Shown in pieces: positions 11,601-21,619 of a stretch of DNA of 64,000 nt; position 1 is the first letter of the stretch; every line of letters starts with the position of its first letter. Position numbers and translations under genes: made by a program. This DNA is from an uncultured delta proteobacterium (lineage in GTDB: Bacteria; Myxococcota_A; Polyangia; Polyangiales; Polyangiaceae), in NCBI GenBank assembly GCA_963850305.1, contig CAWKKR010000008.1, positions 832,001 through 896,000 on the forward strand. The letters run 5' to 3'. Below the pieces are notes generated by a model that was not told the origin of the DNA, searched no databases, and saw nothing but the letters and a program-made list of their open reading frames with translations.

Positions 11601-12911
11601 CTAGCCCGCATCAGATGCCCTCCCGGCGTCAGTCGTTGCGCCGGGAGTCTGCTCGCCCCCGCTCGGCGAGCTCTGACGTGGGTCCTCCACCCGGCCCATG
11701 AAGAGGATGCTGCCGTTCTTCGCGTCACGGATGAGGAACAGGAACGGGTGGTCGATTGCTACTACCTCGGGTTCGAGGAAGCCGGCCGACTTTGCTGCTC
11801 CCGCCGCGGTCGCGGCAGCGGCGACGGTTCCGTGCTCGTCCACCTGCACGAGCGCCTCCTGCACGACGACATTCACGAACAGGTCTCTCGCGCCGTCCAT
11901 CCCGGAGAGGTCGGCCTTGGTCGGGTCGAAGACGTCGGGCATGCCCATGGCGGCGAGCACGGGAACGAGGGAGACGCGATTCGTGAACGAGAACTTTGGC
12001 AGCAGGAGAGTCACTTGCGATGCCGAGCCGACCGAGGCCAGCGCGCCGGTCAACGAGGTATCCGTGAGGCCCGCCTCGAAGGCCGACAGCGAACCGTTCG
12101 GGAGGACGAAGTCCATGACGAGCGACCTCCCTTTGTAGGGAAGCTCGTAGACGAAGAAGCTCCCTCCGCCGCCGCTTCCCACACCGACATTGACCAGCCC
12201 CGACATCGTCGGCACGGAAGCCACCGTGCCGTCGGAAAGCGTAAACGGCTGCGGCGACGTGTGATTCGGGTCGAACCCGACATCCCAGACGCCATCGAAG
12301 TACACGGCGTTGGCCAGTACGAGCTGCGTCGAGTTCGTGATATCGCCCGGCCGAAGGACGGCAGGGATCTTCGCCTGCGTTGCGTTCGAGACCCACTGGT
12401 TGATCGTGCTCGTCGCGCCGCCCGGGTCGCCACTGAAGTCGACCTGCTGCAAAGGAGCGTCGTACCCACTGGAGAGCACGGAGAGAAAACTCGCCTCGAA
12501 CGTCTTGCCTTGCTGCCCCCAGAGCGAGTTGGCAATGAGCAGCTCATTGCCCGCGGACGAGCCGTCCGTCTCGTCCTCACACGCGACCGCCGCATAGGCC
12601 GGGGCGACCGTCGTTCCGTTGCCCGGAAGGTGCAGCACGGTCTGCATCTGCGAGTCCGTTTCACCGGCCGCCCCGACGTCGACCATCGTCACGGTGGTCG
12701 AGACGCCGTAGGGCGAGACGATGACGTTATTGCCGGCTCCGGCAGCCGCCACGGCGGGCCCGTACAAGGCGACGGCGAAGCTCGCGTCGTCCGAGGCAAG
12801 GCTCTTCGCCGCCGCTGAACTGCCCTGCGGTGCGCCGCACACGGCGGGTGGCGGCGGACGATCCGTGCAGCCTAATAGCGCGAAGCATCCAAGCGCCGTG
12901 CCAATCCACAT
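11601..12911 (-). CDS. Serpin lipoprotein
   Basis: NVIVSP, LANAVYFDG.W..F, hinge VDEHGTVAAAAT, DHPFLFLIRD..ILFMGRV; lipobox LLGC. Confidence 0.95.
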   Translation of the reverse strand: MWIGTALGCFALLGCTDRPPPPAVCGAPQGSSAAAKSLASDDASFAVALYGPAVAAAGAGNNVIVSPYGVSTTVTMVDVGAAGETDSQMQTVLHLPGNGTTVAPAYAAVACEDETDGSSAGNELLIANSLWGQQGKTFEASFLSVLSSGYDAPLQQVDFSGDPGGATSTINQWVSNATQAKIPAVLRPGDITNSTQLVLANAVYFDGVWDVGFDPNHTSPQPFTLSDGTVASVPTMSGLVNVGVGSGGGGSFFVYELPYKGRSLVMDFVLPNGSLSAFEAGLTDTSLTGALASVGSASQVTLLLPKFSFTNRVSLVPVLAAMGMPDVFDPTKADLSGMDGARDLFVNVVVQEALVQVDEHGTVAAAATAAGAAKSAGFLEPEVVAIDHPFLFLIRDAKNGSILFMGRVEDPRQSSPSGGEQTPGATTDAGRASDAG

Positions 12912-12946
12912 GACGGGGATGTTTAGCAACGGGAGCCTTGCCAGCC

Positions 12947-13000
12947 TTGCCCCCGCGGCTCGCTGTCGCGACCGCTCCCCCGCCGCCTTCGGCGGGCTCG
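12947..13000. repeat. Single dispersed copy of the REP-like unit
   Basis: CGCGACCGCTCCCCCGCCGCCTTCGGCGGGCTCG matches units of the 32194-32786 array. Confidence 0.85.
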
Positions 13001-13266
13001 GGCTCGCGTGGGTTCTCGGAGCCCGGATCCCCCGCAGCCGCATCGCTGAAGCATCGCCCACTTTACCTGCATGGTCCAGAGCCTCGGTCGTCGCGCTCCC
13101 TTGCGCGGCCGCTTCGAGCGCCGGACCGCGGGCTGCTCGGGTGCCGGGGACGATCTCTCCGCGCAGCCCGGACGGGGATTCACGCTCGGTGCAGGACGTA
13201 CCGCACGCTCCACCGCGTCGGCCTCGCGGATTTCGACGCCGCGCTTTTCCGTGTTACGGAAAACTC

Positions 13267-13542
13267 GTGCGTTTCGGCTGGGATGCAAGGAAGGACCGCG
13301 CGAACGCGATAAAACATGGCGTCACTTTCCAGGAAGCGGCTACGTGCTTCGACGACCCGGCAGGCGTCTACCTCCGGAACGAGTCGCCATCGTACGAAGA
13401 TCGCCTCATCCTCATCGGGCGCTCGACAGCGAGCCGGCTCCTCTTCGTCGTCCACGCGGAAGTCGGCCGCGACTCCATCCGCATCGTCAGTGCCCGGAAA
13501 GCGAGCGCGGCACAAGTCCGCATCTACCGGGGATTGGACTGA
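13267..13542 (+). CDS. brnT: BrnT-family toxin
   Basis: VRFGWDARK..NAIKHGVTF.EA..F.DP..EDR...IG..IRIVSARKA. Confidence 0.9.
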   Translation: MRFGWDARKDRANAIKHGVTFQEAATCFDDPAGVYLRNESPSYEDRLILIGRSTASRLLFVVHAEVGRDSIRIVSARKASAAQVRIYRGLD

Positions 13543-13819
13543 CGAGCCCATCGACCCGAAGGCGTGGAGGCGCGTTCCTGGCAACCCGTTCGCGGACTAC
13601 GACCCGTCCGAAGGCATCGCTCTCTGGTCGCTCTGGGAGATGCCGTCGACCAGCGTGGGGAAGGTCGTTCGGCGAGGCCGCCCGCCGGGTGAACCCACGG
13701 TCGTGCGAAGCGTTCGCCTGCCCGCCGCGATGTGGGAGCATCTCGAGCATCTCGCCACCGAGGCCAACACGACGCTGAACGGGCTGATCCGCGACAAGCT
13801 TTCCGGACGGGGTCGCTGA
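13490..13819 (+). CDS. BrnA-like ribbon-helix-helix antitoxin
   Basis: Overlaps brnT; RGRPP..SVRLP..LNGLIR. The GTG start is inferred. Confidence 0.7.
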   Translation: MPGKRARHKSASTGDWTDEPIDPKAWRRVPGNPFADYDPSEGIALWSLWEMPSTSVGKVVRRGRPPGEPTVVRSVRLPAAMWEHLEHLATEANTTLNGLIRDKLSGRGR

Positions 13820-13838
13820 CTGGTCATTGCCCGGTGCA

Positions 13839-14720
13839 CTACCACCGCAGGTCCGTCGCTCCCGACGTCGCGACGATGCGATTGCCCGGATCGTGCGTGT
13901 GACCATAGGCAGACTGGATGGCTACCCTACCCGGCCCCTGGAGGCGCAGCCACAGATAGCGCTCACCCCAGGCCCAGATGCTCACACCGCTGCTCCGGGG
14001 GTGCTCGAAGTGGAGCGCCACCGAAACGCTCGCGTCCTTGTAAAGGAACGCCGACGGCTTCACCAGAATGTGCTCGCCCGCCGACAGCTCTCGCAGAAAC
14101 GCGTTCCCGTGGGCATGGATCAAGAGCAGCCCCGGCGCTGCGGGCGCAGAGAACCTGTCGATGAGCATGCCGATCGGAAAATGCGTCTCGGTCTCGTCCC
14201 CGTTCTGGGTCCGGAACCAGACGTCGCTCGACAGAAAGTCGTACTGGACGCTCCCCGTTGCCACCATGAAGAGGTGCTCCCGGACGTCGATCGCGCGCCC
14301 GGGATGCAGCGGAACCGCGAGCGTCTCGCCGGCGGCGTCCCGTGAAAACGCGATTCGCCCCGGGCCCGTCGCGGTGAGCAGACGAACGGGGAGCCCGGCG
14401 AGCATTCGCTTCCACGCCCCCTTGAGGCTCGTCTGCGCGAGCGTGACCTTCTGATCCTTCCAGAGGATCTCGTGCTGCGCGAAGTACAGGCCCTCGCCGG
14501 CGGCAAGGTCGAAGTCCGCGACGGGAACGGTCGCGCCCTCGATCTGAACCGACGTGCGGCCGCACTGGATGCGCGTCATGTCCGCCACTGCGGGGAGCTC
14601 GATCCAGCCGGACGCGGCCTTCTTCAGCCGGACATCGACGGGCGCGCCGCAGCCCGCGCAACTTCTGGCCGCGCCGTCGCCGACCGTCCGGCAATAGGGG
14701 CAGGTGTACGCGTTCGACAT
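13839..14720 (-). CDS. AIM24-family protein with N-terminal zinc ribbon
   Basis: CPYC..CAGCGAP, GPGRIAFS, GLLLIHAHGN and GPGRVAIQS. Confidence 0.85.
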   Translation of the reverse strand: MSNAYTCPYCRTVGDGAARSCAGCGAPVDVRLKKAASGWIELPAVADMTRIQCGRTSVQIEGATVPVADFDLAAGEGLYFAQHEILWKDQKVTLAQTSLKGAWKRMLAGLPVRLLTATGPGRIAFSRDAAGETLAVPLHPGRAIDVREHLFMVATGSVQYDFLSSDVWFRTQNGDETETHFPIGMLIDRFSAPAAPGLLLIHAHGNAFLRELSAGEHILVKPSAFLYKDASVSVALHFEHPRSSGVSIWAWGERYLWLRLQGPGRVAIQSAYGHTHDPGNRIVATSGATDLRW

Positions 14721-15526
14721 CACTCCCCCGACGCGTGATGGTGATACATCGACTGGATACCGACGCGGCCCGGCCCCGTCATGTGCGCGAGGTACATGGA
14801 CGTGCCGCCGAAGAGGCCGGTGGAGAGCTGGACCTTCTCGGCCTGCATCTGGACCGAGGCGTCCTTGAAGAGCATCGAGCCCGGTTCGATCTGGATCGTC
14901 TCTCCGGGGCCGAGCGTTCGAACGAACACGTTGCCGAAGCCGTGGAGGACGAGCAGGCCCGGAGCCGCCGTGGTGACGAAGCGGTCCATCCACATCCCGC
15001 TGCCGCCGTAGAAGATGTTGGCGAGCCCCTTGATGCGCACGTACGTGTACTGAATCTGGTGGCTCGCGAGCAAGAACGCATGTTCGCGCGCGTCGATCTC
15101 GTGCCCCGGATGGATCGGGAGGACCACGATCTCGCCCGTGGCGTCCTTGGAGAAGGCGATTCGCCCGGGACCCTCGGCCATCGTGACCAGGTGGGGAAGG
15201 CCGAAGAGAGACCGCTTCGGACCCGTGAGCTTCATCAAGGACAGCGGGACCCGATCCGTCTTCCAGAGCATGACATGGTGCTCGAAGTAGACGCCGTCGC
15301 CCGCGGCGAGCTCGACGTCCACCACCGGAACGATCTCGCCCTCGACCTGACAGGTGCTGTTGCCGAAGCGGAACGCGGCCATGTCGCGCAGCCGCGGCGC
15401 TTCGCGCCAGCCCGATTCACTGACCAGGTTCTTGATATCGAGCGGCGCGCCACACGTCGCGCACTGCGTCGGGTTCGTGTTCTGCGCGCCACACCACTGG
15501 CAGACGACTCGCTCGTACTCGTTCAT
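14720..15526 (-). CDS. AIM24-family protein with N-terminal zinc ribbon
   Basis: CQWCG..CATCGAP, GPGRIAFS and GPGRVGIQSM; paralog of the next gene. Confidence 0.85.
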   Translation of the reverse strand: MNEYERVVCQWCGAQNTNPTQCATCGAPLDIKNLVSESGWREAPRLRDMAAFRFGNSTCQVEGEIVPVVDVELAAGDGVYFEHHVMLWKTDRVPLSLMKLTGPKRSLFGLPHLVTMAEGPGRIAFSKDATGEIVVLPIHPGHEIDAREHAFLLASHQIQYTYVRIKGLANIFYGGSGMWMDRFVTTAAPGLLVLHGFGNVFVRTLGPGETIQIEPGSMLFKDASVQMQAEKVQLSTGLFGGTSMYLAHMTGPGRVGIQSMYHHHASGE

Positions 15527-15694
15527 GGTACCTCCGCGACCAGGAACGGTATCACGGGCCCGTCGCGAAACTCGGTAAGACTCACTCGGCGATGCCTGCC
15601 ACTATCGAAAGACCCGCCACATGACAGACGCTCCGTTCGGCTTCGCACGTCTTCTGGTTGGTGCGGTGCTGGCGGTCTGACATCGTCGCCGCGT

Positions 15695-16165
15695 CTACGT
15701 ATCTTGTTCGTCCAGCACAACCGCCAGCGCCGCCTCGAGCGCGGGGAGGGCGGCCCTGTCTTTGGGCCGGTTCGCGGTTCGCTTCGAATGAATGATTCTC
15801 TCCAGCGGCAAAACGCGGACCGGAACCCCGTCCACCTCGAGCGCCTTCGAGCCCGCATACTCCACGTCGAAGCCTTCGAGCCCGCTCAACGTGAGGACTA
15901 CGTCGAATCGATCGCCCAGCGCGCCTCCCAATGCCGGCGGCTGCATGCCGAAAGTGCCAGAAATCCAGATGCCCCCGGAGCGACGCGCTGCCTCGCCGAC
16001 GCGCGGATCGGTCGTGTCTCGAAACCACAGATCGACGTCCTCCGTCGCGATGCGGGCGCCCTGCATGGAGGCCGCGGTAACGCCGACCACGAGATAGAGC
16101 ACGCCGAGCTCGTTGAGAGCCGCGAGGAACTGCCGCTCAGCAGGTTCTAGGGCGTAGGCGGGCAT
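15695..16165 (-). CDS. Minimal nucleotidyltransferase-like protein
   Basis: YLVVG..A...G..IATEDVDLW..KRTANRPKD. Confidence 0.75.
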   Translation of the reverse strand: MPAYALEPAERQFLAALNELGVLYLVVGVTAASMQGARIATEDVDLWFRDTTDPRVGEAARRSGGIWISGTFGMQPPALGGALGDRFDVVLTLSGLEGFDVEYAGSKALEVDGVPVRVLPLERIIHSKRTANRPKDRAALPALEAALAVVLDEQDT

Positions 16166-16337
16166 GGGCGAGGGAGCGACGGACTCGTTCGGACGGAGTC
16201 TCGTGGTACGTGCAGAGCACGTGATAGACGTCGCCGGGATCGAGGTTCGGGTTCCGCGCGACAATCGAGTGCGCACGACGCCACCGCGCTTCACTGGCGA
16301 GCGCCCACGCGCGCTCTTCCGGAGTGAGACTCTCCAT
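16137..16337 (-). CDS. Small partner protein of the nucleotidyltransferase
   Basis: 66 aa with TP.ER motifs; overlaps the NTase start. Confidence 0.6.
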   Translation of the reverse strand: MESLTPEERAWALASEARWRRAHSIVARNPNLDPGDVYHVLCTYHETPSERVRRSLAHARLRPRTC

Positions 16338-16550
16338 GTCCACGCGGAAAGTCTCACACGGAGCGACGCATCCCGCCAGTGGCTTCGGTGCTGGCAAGGA
16401 CGCGCCATCTGTGTCGGAACGCCGGGGTCCCGGACCGAGACTATTTCGGCGTCGCCTTCATGATGGTGCTGCTGTGAGGAGCGTCGTTCGCAACCATAGT
16501 GGCGACCGTTACCCTGCCGCCCCGACGGCGGTGTAAGGTCTGCGTCACGC

Positions 16551-16848
16551 ATGCCCGGTTGTTGCCTCGGAGCGCTCGTCCTTTTCTTTGGTCCACGCGC
16601 GGTGCTGGTCTTCGCGTGGCTGACCACGAATTGGTACGCCGCGTTCGAGTCCCGGCTCGTGGCGTTGTTCGGCTTTTTCGTCGTGCCCTGGACGTCCCTC
16701 GCGTGGATGTACGTCTTCTTTCATCACCACGGCGACTTGAGCGGCGGGTACGCGTTACTCCTCGCGGGAGCGGCGGTCGCGGATTTCGAGCACCTACGGC
16801 GGCTCGCACGCCGCCAGGCGACGACAACGGAACGGCTGGCCCTCCTGA
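16551..16848 (+). CDS. Small membrane protein, frameshifted near 16788
   Basis: Hydrophobic MPGCC..PR..PWTSLAW. A +1 shift gives the plausible end STYGGSHAARRRQRNGWPS*. Confidence 0.65.
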
Positions 16849-16884
16849 ATCTCGTGGCGCGGGGCGGGGGCCAGCACCGCATGG

Positions 16885-17502
16885 TCATGTGCCACGCCTC
16901 GCCGCCCAGGAAACCGCCGCTTCGCGACAGTCCTCTGGAATTTGACTCGGCATCCGTGGCTCGCATTCCACGACGCGTCCGCGGCAGTCGACGGAGATGC
17001 GGCAGCACCTGTCGAACATGTCGCGGATCTTCTCCCGTCCGCGCTGGACGCGCGACTTGATCCCCGAGAGAGAAATGCCGAGCATGTCGGCGGCATCCTT
17101 CTGCGTGAGCCCTTCGAGCTCGGTCAGCGTGATGGCCTCTCGATAAGGCGACGGCAATCGAGCGACGAACAGGGAGACGCAAGTGCCGAGGTCCGTTTGG
17201 AGCTCCACGACCTCGTCCTCACCGGGATCCGGTTCGACACTTTCGGGGATCTCCGCCACCGGGACCAGCGGCTCGCGTGCCCGAGACCGAGACAAGTCGG
17301 CGATGGCGTGCTGCGCGATGCGATACACCCAGCCACCGAACCGTTCACCGTCGCGCAAGGTTCCAATGCCTCGGTGCACCCGGATGAAGATTTCCTGGAG
17401 GACGTCGTCCACGTCCGCTCGGGAAGCCACGCGGCGCGCGACGTACGGTCGAAGCCGTTCTTCGATCTCGTTCCACGCGCCGCGGGCGTCCGATCCGATC
17501 AT
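16885..17502 (-). CDS. sigZ: ECF RNA polymerase sigma factor, SigZ-like
   Basis: DDVLQEIFIR, WVYRIA, LPSPYREAI, KSRVQRGR and a C-terminal CC..DCRG..C tail. Confidence 0.85.
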   Translation of the reverse strand: MIGSDARGAWNEIEERLRPYVARRVASRADVDDVLQEIFIRVHRGIGTLRDGERFGGWVYRIAQHAIADLSRSRAREPLVPVAEIPESVEPDPGEDEVVELQTDLGTCVSLFVARLPSPYREAITLTELEGLTQKDAADMLGISLSGIKSRVQRGREKIRDMFDRCCRISVDCRGRVVECEPRMPSQIPEDCREAAVSWAARRGT

Positions 17503-17515
17503 GCGGCGTCCTTGA

Positions 17516-18319
17516 CTACGCGCAGCACGAGGACGCGCAGCAGGTTTTTCCTCCGGGCTTCGTGGCTTCGACCGTCGCCGACGCGACGTAGTCTTCGGCT
17601 CCGGGCATGCATTGACCGATGATCGCGCCGCTCTCGGGTCGTGGCTCGAGCCGTATATTCTCGAAGCCAGCCTCCGTGAGCAGGGCGCGAAGGTCGTCCA
17701 CCTTGGCGGCGCCGGACACGCACCCCGTGAGAGCTTCCACGCTCTCCGCGAGCCCTCGGGGCATGGCCTTCATTGCCACGACATCGAAGATCGCGAGACG
17801 TCCGCCGGGCTTCAGCACACGGAAGGCGTCGCGAAAGACAGACCCCTTGTCCGGCGAGAGGTTGATGACGCAATTCGAAAGAACGACGTCCACGGACGCG
17901 TCCGACGCCGGCAGATGCTCGATCTCGCCGAGCCGGAACTCGACGTTGCTCGCCTCGACGCGGCGAGCGTTGTCGCGGGCCTTCGAGATCATCTCCGGAG
18001 TCATGTCGACGCCGATGACGCGACCCGCTGCACCCACGCGCTTCGCCGCGAGGAAGCAGTCGAACCCCGCGCCGCTTCCGAGATCGAGCACGGTCTCGCC
18101 CGGCCTGAGCGCCGCAATGGCCTGGGGGTTACCGCATCCGAGGCCCAGGTCCGCGCCATCCGGGACGCTCGCCAGATCTTCCTTCGTGTAGCCCATCGCG
18201 AGGCTGCCGTTTCCCTGCCTGCCGCAACAGCCGACGCTGCAGCCATCGGCACCCTTCGCCACCGTGGCGTAGGCAGTTCGAACCTTGGTTCTGACTCGAT
18301 CGTCGTCTTGGGTTTCCAT
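17516..18319 (-). CDS. arsM: Arsenite S-adenosylmethionine methyltransferase
   Basis: LGLGCGNP, VLDLGSGAGFDCFLAA, SNCVINLSPDK, TGCVSGA; C-terminal CCASSCCA. Confidence 0.93.
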   Translation of the reverse strand: METQDDDRVRTKVRTAYATVAKGADGCSVGCCGRQGNGSLAMGYTKEDLASVPDGADLGLGCGNPQAIAALRPGETVLDLGSGAGFDCFLAAKRVGAAGRVIGVDMTPEMISKARDNARRVEASNVEFRLGEIEHLPASDASVDVVLSNCVINLSPDKGSVFRDAFRVLKPGGRLAIFDVVAMKAMPRGLAESVEALTGCVSGAAKVDDLRALLTEAGFENIRLEPRPESGAIIGQCMPGAEDYVASATVEATKPGGKTCCASSCCA

Positions 18320-18457
18320 CGTGACCTCCGAAGACAAGGACGCGGGTTCCTCGAAAAGGACGCCGCGAAAAGGGCCCGCCAGGCGCCTGGCGTCGGCGCG
18401 TGGTTCCAAATTACTCGAAATGTTGCTTGCAGGCTGATTCGATTTTGTTAGAAGAAC

Positions 18458-18850
18458 ATGGTGCCCTCCACGACCATCCGCGTCTTCGATCCCGCCATGT
18501 GCTGCTCCACCGGCGTTTGCGGCCCGAGCATCGATCCCGAGCTCGCGCGCTTCGCGGCGGACGTCGAGTGGCTCCGGAACCAGGGCGTGAAGGTCGAGCG
18601 CTTCAACCTCTCGCATCAGCCGGCCGCGTTCGCCGAGACGGCCGTCGTGAAACAGGCCCTCGAGCGCGGCACGGATGTGCTGCCGCTGGTCCTCGTGGGT
18701 GATCGGATCGCGGTCGAAGGCGCATATCCGTCTCGCGACACGCTCGCGGCTCTCGCGGGAGTCGTCGTGAAGAAGCTCGCACCGGCGCCCACGTCGAGTT
18801 GCTGCGGTCCGAGTACGAGCAGCGCGAAGACGAAGACCGGCTGCTGCTGA
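18458..18850 (+). CDS. arsD: Arsenite metallochaperone ArsD
   Basis: FDPAMCCSTGVCGP, ERFNL, YPSR; C-terminal CC pairs. Confidence 0.95.
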   Translation: MVPSTTIRVFDPAMCCSTGVCGPSIDPELARFAADVEWLRNQGVKVERFNLSHQPAAFAETAVVKQALERGTDVLPLVLVGDRIAVEGAYPSRDTLAALAGVVVKKLAPAPTSSCCGPSTSSAKTKTGCC

Positions 18851-18866
18851 GCTCACGAGCGCAGCA

Positions 18867-20651
18867 ATGGACCTCGTCGAACGCGCTCCCCGCAACCTGT
18901 TCTTCACGGGCAAGGGCGGCGTCGGCAAGACGAGCGTAGCCTGCGCGACCGCCATCGCGCTCGCGGAACGTGGAGGTCGCGTGCTGCTCGTCAGCACCGA
19001 CCCAGCGTCGAATCTGGACGAGGTACTCGAGACCGAACTCGCGTCGTCGCCGCGACCCATCGCCGGCATACCGGGCCTCTTCGCACTGAACATCGACCCC
19101 GAAGCGGCAGCACACGCCTATCGCGAGCGCATGGTCGGACCCTACCGCAACGTGCTTCCAGACGCGGCCGTCCGGAGCATCGAGGAGCAGCTGTCCGGCG
19201 CATGCACCGTGGAGATCGCCGCGTTCGACGAGTTTTCGAAGCTCCTCGCCGACGACGCCGCGACTCGCGACTTCGACCACGTCGTCTTCGACACGGCTCC
19301 CACCGGGCACACCCTTCGACTGCTCGAACTGCCCGCGGCGTGGGTCGGCTTCCTCGAAGCGAATATCGGCGGCACGTCGTGCCTGGGCCCACTCGCGGGA
19401 CTGAAAGCGCGGGAAGCGCTGTACGCCGCGTCTCGCGCGGCGCTGGTAGATCCGCAACGCACGGCGCTCGTGCTGGTGTCTCGCGCAGAGCGGTCAGCCC
19501 TCATGGAGGCCGAGCGCACGCGCCACGAGCTGGCGATGATAGGTATCCATCCAGCGCGCCTGATCATCAACGGCATCTTCCGCGCCCAAGATGCGCGCGA
19601 CGGCGTCGCCGTCGCAATGCAGCGCCGGGGAGAGCGCGCCGTCGACGCCATGCCAGCGGGCCTCGGAACGCTGCGGCGGACGGACCTGCCGTTGCTGCCG
19701 TTCGGGCTCGTCGGGCTCGATGCCGTCAGGGCGCTGTTCGCGAAGGCCGGCGCCGATCTCCCCGCATCGCGCCGTGAACCGACCACGCCTTCGACGGTGA
19801 CGGCGCTGCCGTCCCTCGCGAGCCTCGTCCCCGCGCTCGAAGGCAGCGGTCACGGCGTCATCATGACGATGGGCAAGGGTGGCGTGGGTAAGACGACCGT
19901 CGCCGTGAGCATCGCCGCGGAGCTCGCTCGACGCGGCCACGACGTCCGCCTCACCACGACCGATCCCGCGACGCATCTTTCGGACGCGCTCGGCTCCGCG
20001 GTGGATCGAATCCGCGTGAGCCGCATCGATCCCGCGCTCGAAACGCGAGCCTATCGCGACGAGGTGCTCCGAACCGCTGGGGCGAACCTGGACGCCGCGG
20101 GGCGCGCGCTCCTCGAAGAGGATCTGCGGAGCCCCTGCACCGAGGAGATCGCCGTGTTCCGCGCGTTCGCGCGCGTCGTCGACGAGGGCGAGCGCGGGTT
20201 CGTTGTCGTCGACACCGCGCCCACGGGCCACACCCTCCTCCTCCTGGACGCTGCCGAGTCGTACCATCGCGAGGTCCTCCGAACGGCGGGGCACGCTCCA
20301 GAGGAGGTGCGTCGCTTGCTGCCCCGTCTCCGGGATCCTCGCTTCACCCGGATCCTCCTCGTCACGTTGCCCGAGGCGACACCGGTGCACGAGGCAGCGC
20401 AGCTCCAGCGGGACCTGGCGCGCGCGGAGATCCATCCATTCGCCTGGGTCATCAACCAGAGCCTGGTCCCGCTCACGGTGACCGATCCGGTCCTGGTGCG
20501 CCGTCGCGCGAGCGAGGGCCGCTACCACGCCGAGGTGACGAACCTCTCCGGACGCGTCGCCCTCGTGCCATGGGCAGAGCCGGACGCGCGGCGGCGTCTG
20601 GACGTCATCGGCGCTGCACTGCCATCGACGTCCACGGGGGTGGCGCCGTGA
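18867..20651 (+). CDS. arsA: Arsenical pump-driving ATPase ArsA
   Basis: Two GKGGVGKT and two DTAPTGH motifs; SGACT, SCLGP and SPCTEE cysteines. Confidence 0.97.
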   Translation: MDLVERAPRNLFFTGKGGVGKTSVACATAIALAERGGRVLLVSTDPASNLDEVLETELASSPRPIAGIPGLFALNIDPEAAAHAYRERMVGPYRNVLPDAAVRSIEEQLSGACTVEIAAFDEFSKLLADDAATRDFDHVVFDTAPTGHTLRLLELPAAWVGFLEANIGGTSCLGPLAGLKAREALYAASRAALVDPQRTALVLVSRAERSALMEAERTRHELAMIGIHPARLIINGIFRAQDARDGVAVAMQRRGERAVDAMPAGLGTLRRTDLPLLPFGLVGLDAVRALFAKAGADLPASRREPTTPSTVTALPSLASLVPALEGSGHGVIMTMGKGGVGKTTVAVSIAAELARRGHDVRLTTTDPATHLSDALGSAVDRIRVSRIDPALETRAYRDEVLRTAGANLDAAGRALLEEDLRSPCTEEIAVFRAFARVVDEGERGFVVVDTAPTGHTLLLLDAAESYHREVLRTAGHAPEEVRRLLPRLRDPRFTRILLVTLPEATPVHEAAQLQRDLARAEIHPFAWVINQSLVPLTVTDPVLVRRRASEGRYHAEVTNLSGRVALVPWAEPDARRRLDVIGAALPSTSTGVAP

Positions 20652-21556
20652 CCGAGCAGGTTGCGGGTGGCAACCGCGAGATCATCAAGGTGCTCTTCGT
20701 CTGCGTGCACAACGCCGCTCGCAGTCGAATGGCCGAGGTCCTGCTGCGCACGCGGGGCGGCGCCCGCTTCGAGGTGACGAGCGCAGGCTTCGAGCCGCAC
20801 GATGTGAACCCGCTCATCGTGGAATCGATGGCCGCCGTGGGCTTGAAGCTCGCCAGGTTAGGGCCGCAGCCCTCGGTGTTCGATCTGTTCAGGCAGGGAC
20901 GCCGTTTTCACTACGTGATCAGTGTCTGCGACGAGGCGCACGGCCAGAAGTGCCCGCTCTTCCCTGGCGTGAACAAGCGTCTGTCCTGGAGCTTCCCGGA
21001 CCCGAGCACGTTCACTGGCACCCACGAGGAGAAGCTCGTCCGGGTTACCGAGGTCCGGAACGCGATCGGCAAGCGCATCGACGCATGGCTCGAGTCGCTC
21101 GCGGACACGGGCCGAGAGTCCGTGACGAACTACGAGAAGAGCATCCTCTTCCTCTGCGTCGCAAACTCCGCGCGGAGCCAGATGGCCGAAGGTTTCGCCC
21201 GTATGATGTTCGAGGATCGCATTCCGGTTCAGAGCGCCGGAAGCGAGCCCTCCCAGGTCAACCCTTACGCGATCGAGGTGATGCACGAGGTCGGCGTGGA
21301 CCTCACCCGACACTCGTCGAAATCAGTCGAGAGCATCGACCCCGCAACCGTCGGCACCGTCATCACCCTGTGCGCGGAGGAGGTGTGCCCCGTGTTCCTC
21401 GGAGAGGCGCGGCGCCTGCACTGGCCGATTCAGGATCCCGCAAGCAAGGATCCGTCGATCTCGAGGGAGGAGATGCTCGCGCGGTTCCGGACGGCACGGG
21501 ACACCATTCGCGAGAGGCTGGAGAAGTTCGCACGCAAAGAGCCAAGCTCCACGTGA
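20648..21556 (+). CDS. arsC: Arsenate reductase (LMW-PTP fold), two tandem domains
   Basis: Domain 1 has [18 protein letters not shown]. Domain 2 (from 21122) has [18 protein letters not shown]. Confidence 0.85.
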   Translation: MTEQVAGGNREIIKVLFVCVHNAARSRMAEVLLRTRGGARFEVTSAGFEPHDVNPLIVESMAAVGLKLARLGPQPSVFDLFRQGRRFHYVISVCDEAHGQKCPLFPGVNKRLSWSFPDPSTFTGTHEEKLVRVTEVRNAIGKRIDAWLESLADTGRESVTNYEKSILFLCVANSARSQMAEGFARMMFEDRIPVQSAGSEPSQVNPYAIEVMHEVGVDLTRHSSKSVESIDPATVGTVITLCAEEVCPVFLGEARRLHWPIQDPASKDPSISREEMLARFRTARDTIRERLEKFARKEPSST

Positions 21557-21619
21557 GCTTCCAGGGGCCGCGCGGGATCGGGAACGAAGCGAAATCCGTT
21601 CATGGGACGAGTGACCGGG

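Noticed and set aside
18405..18450. ArsR operator in the AT-richer stretch upstream of arsD
   Set aside because: No clear inverted repeat and no arsR in the window.
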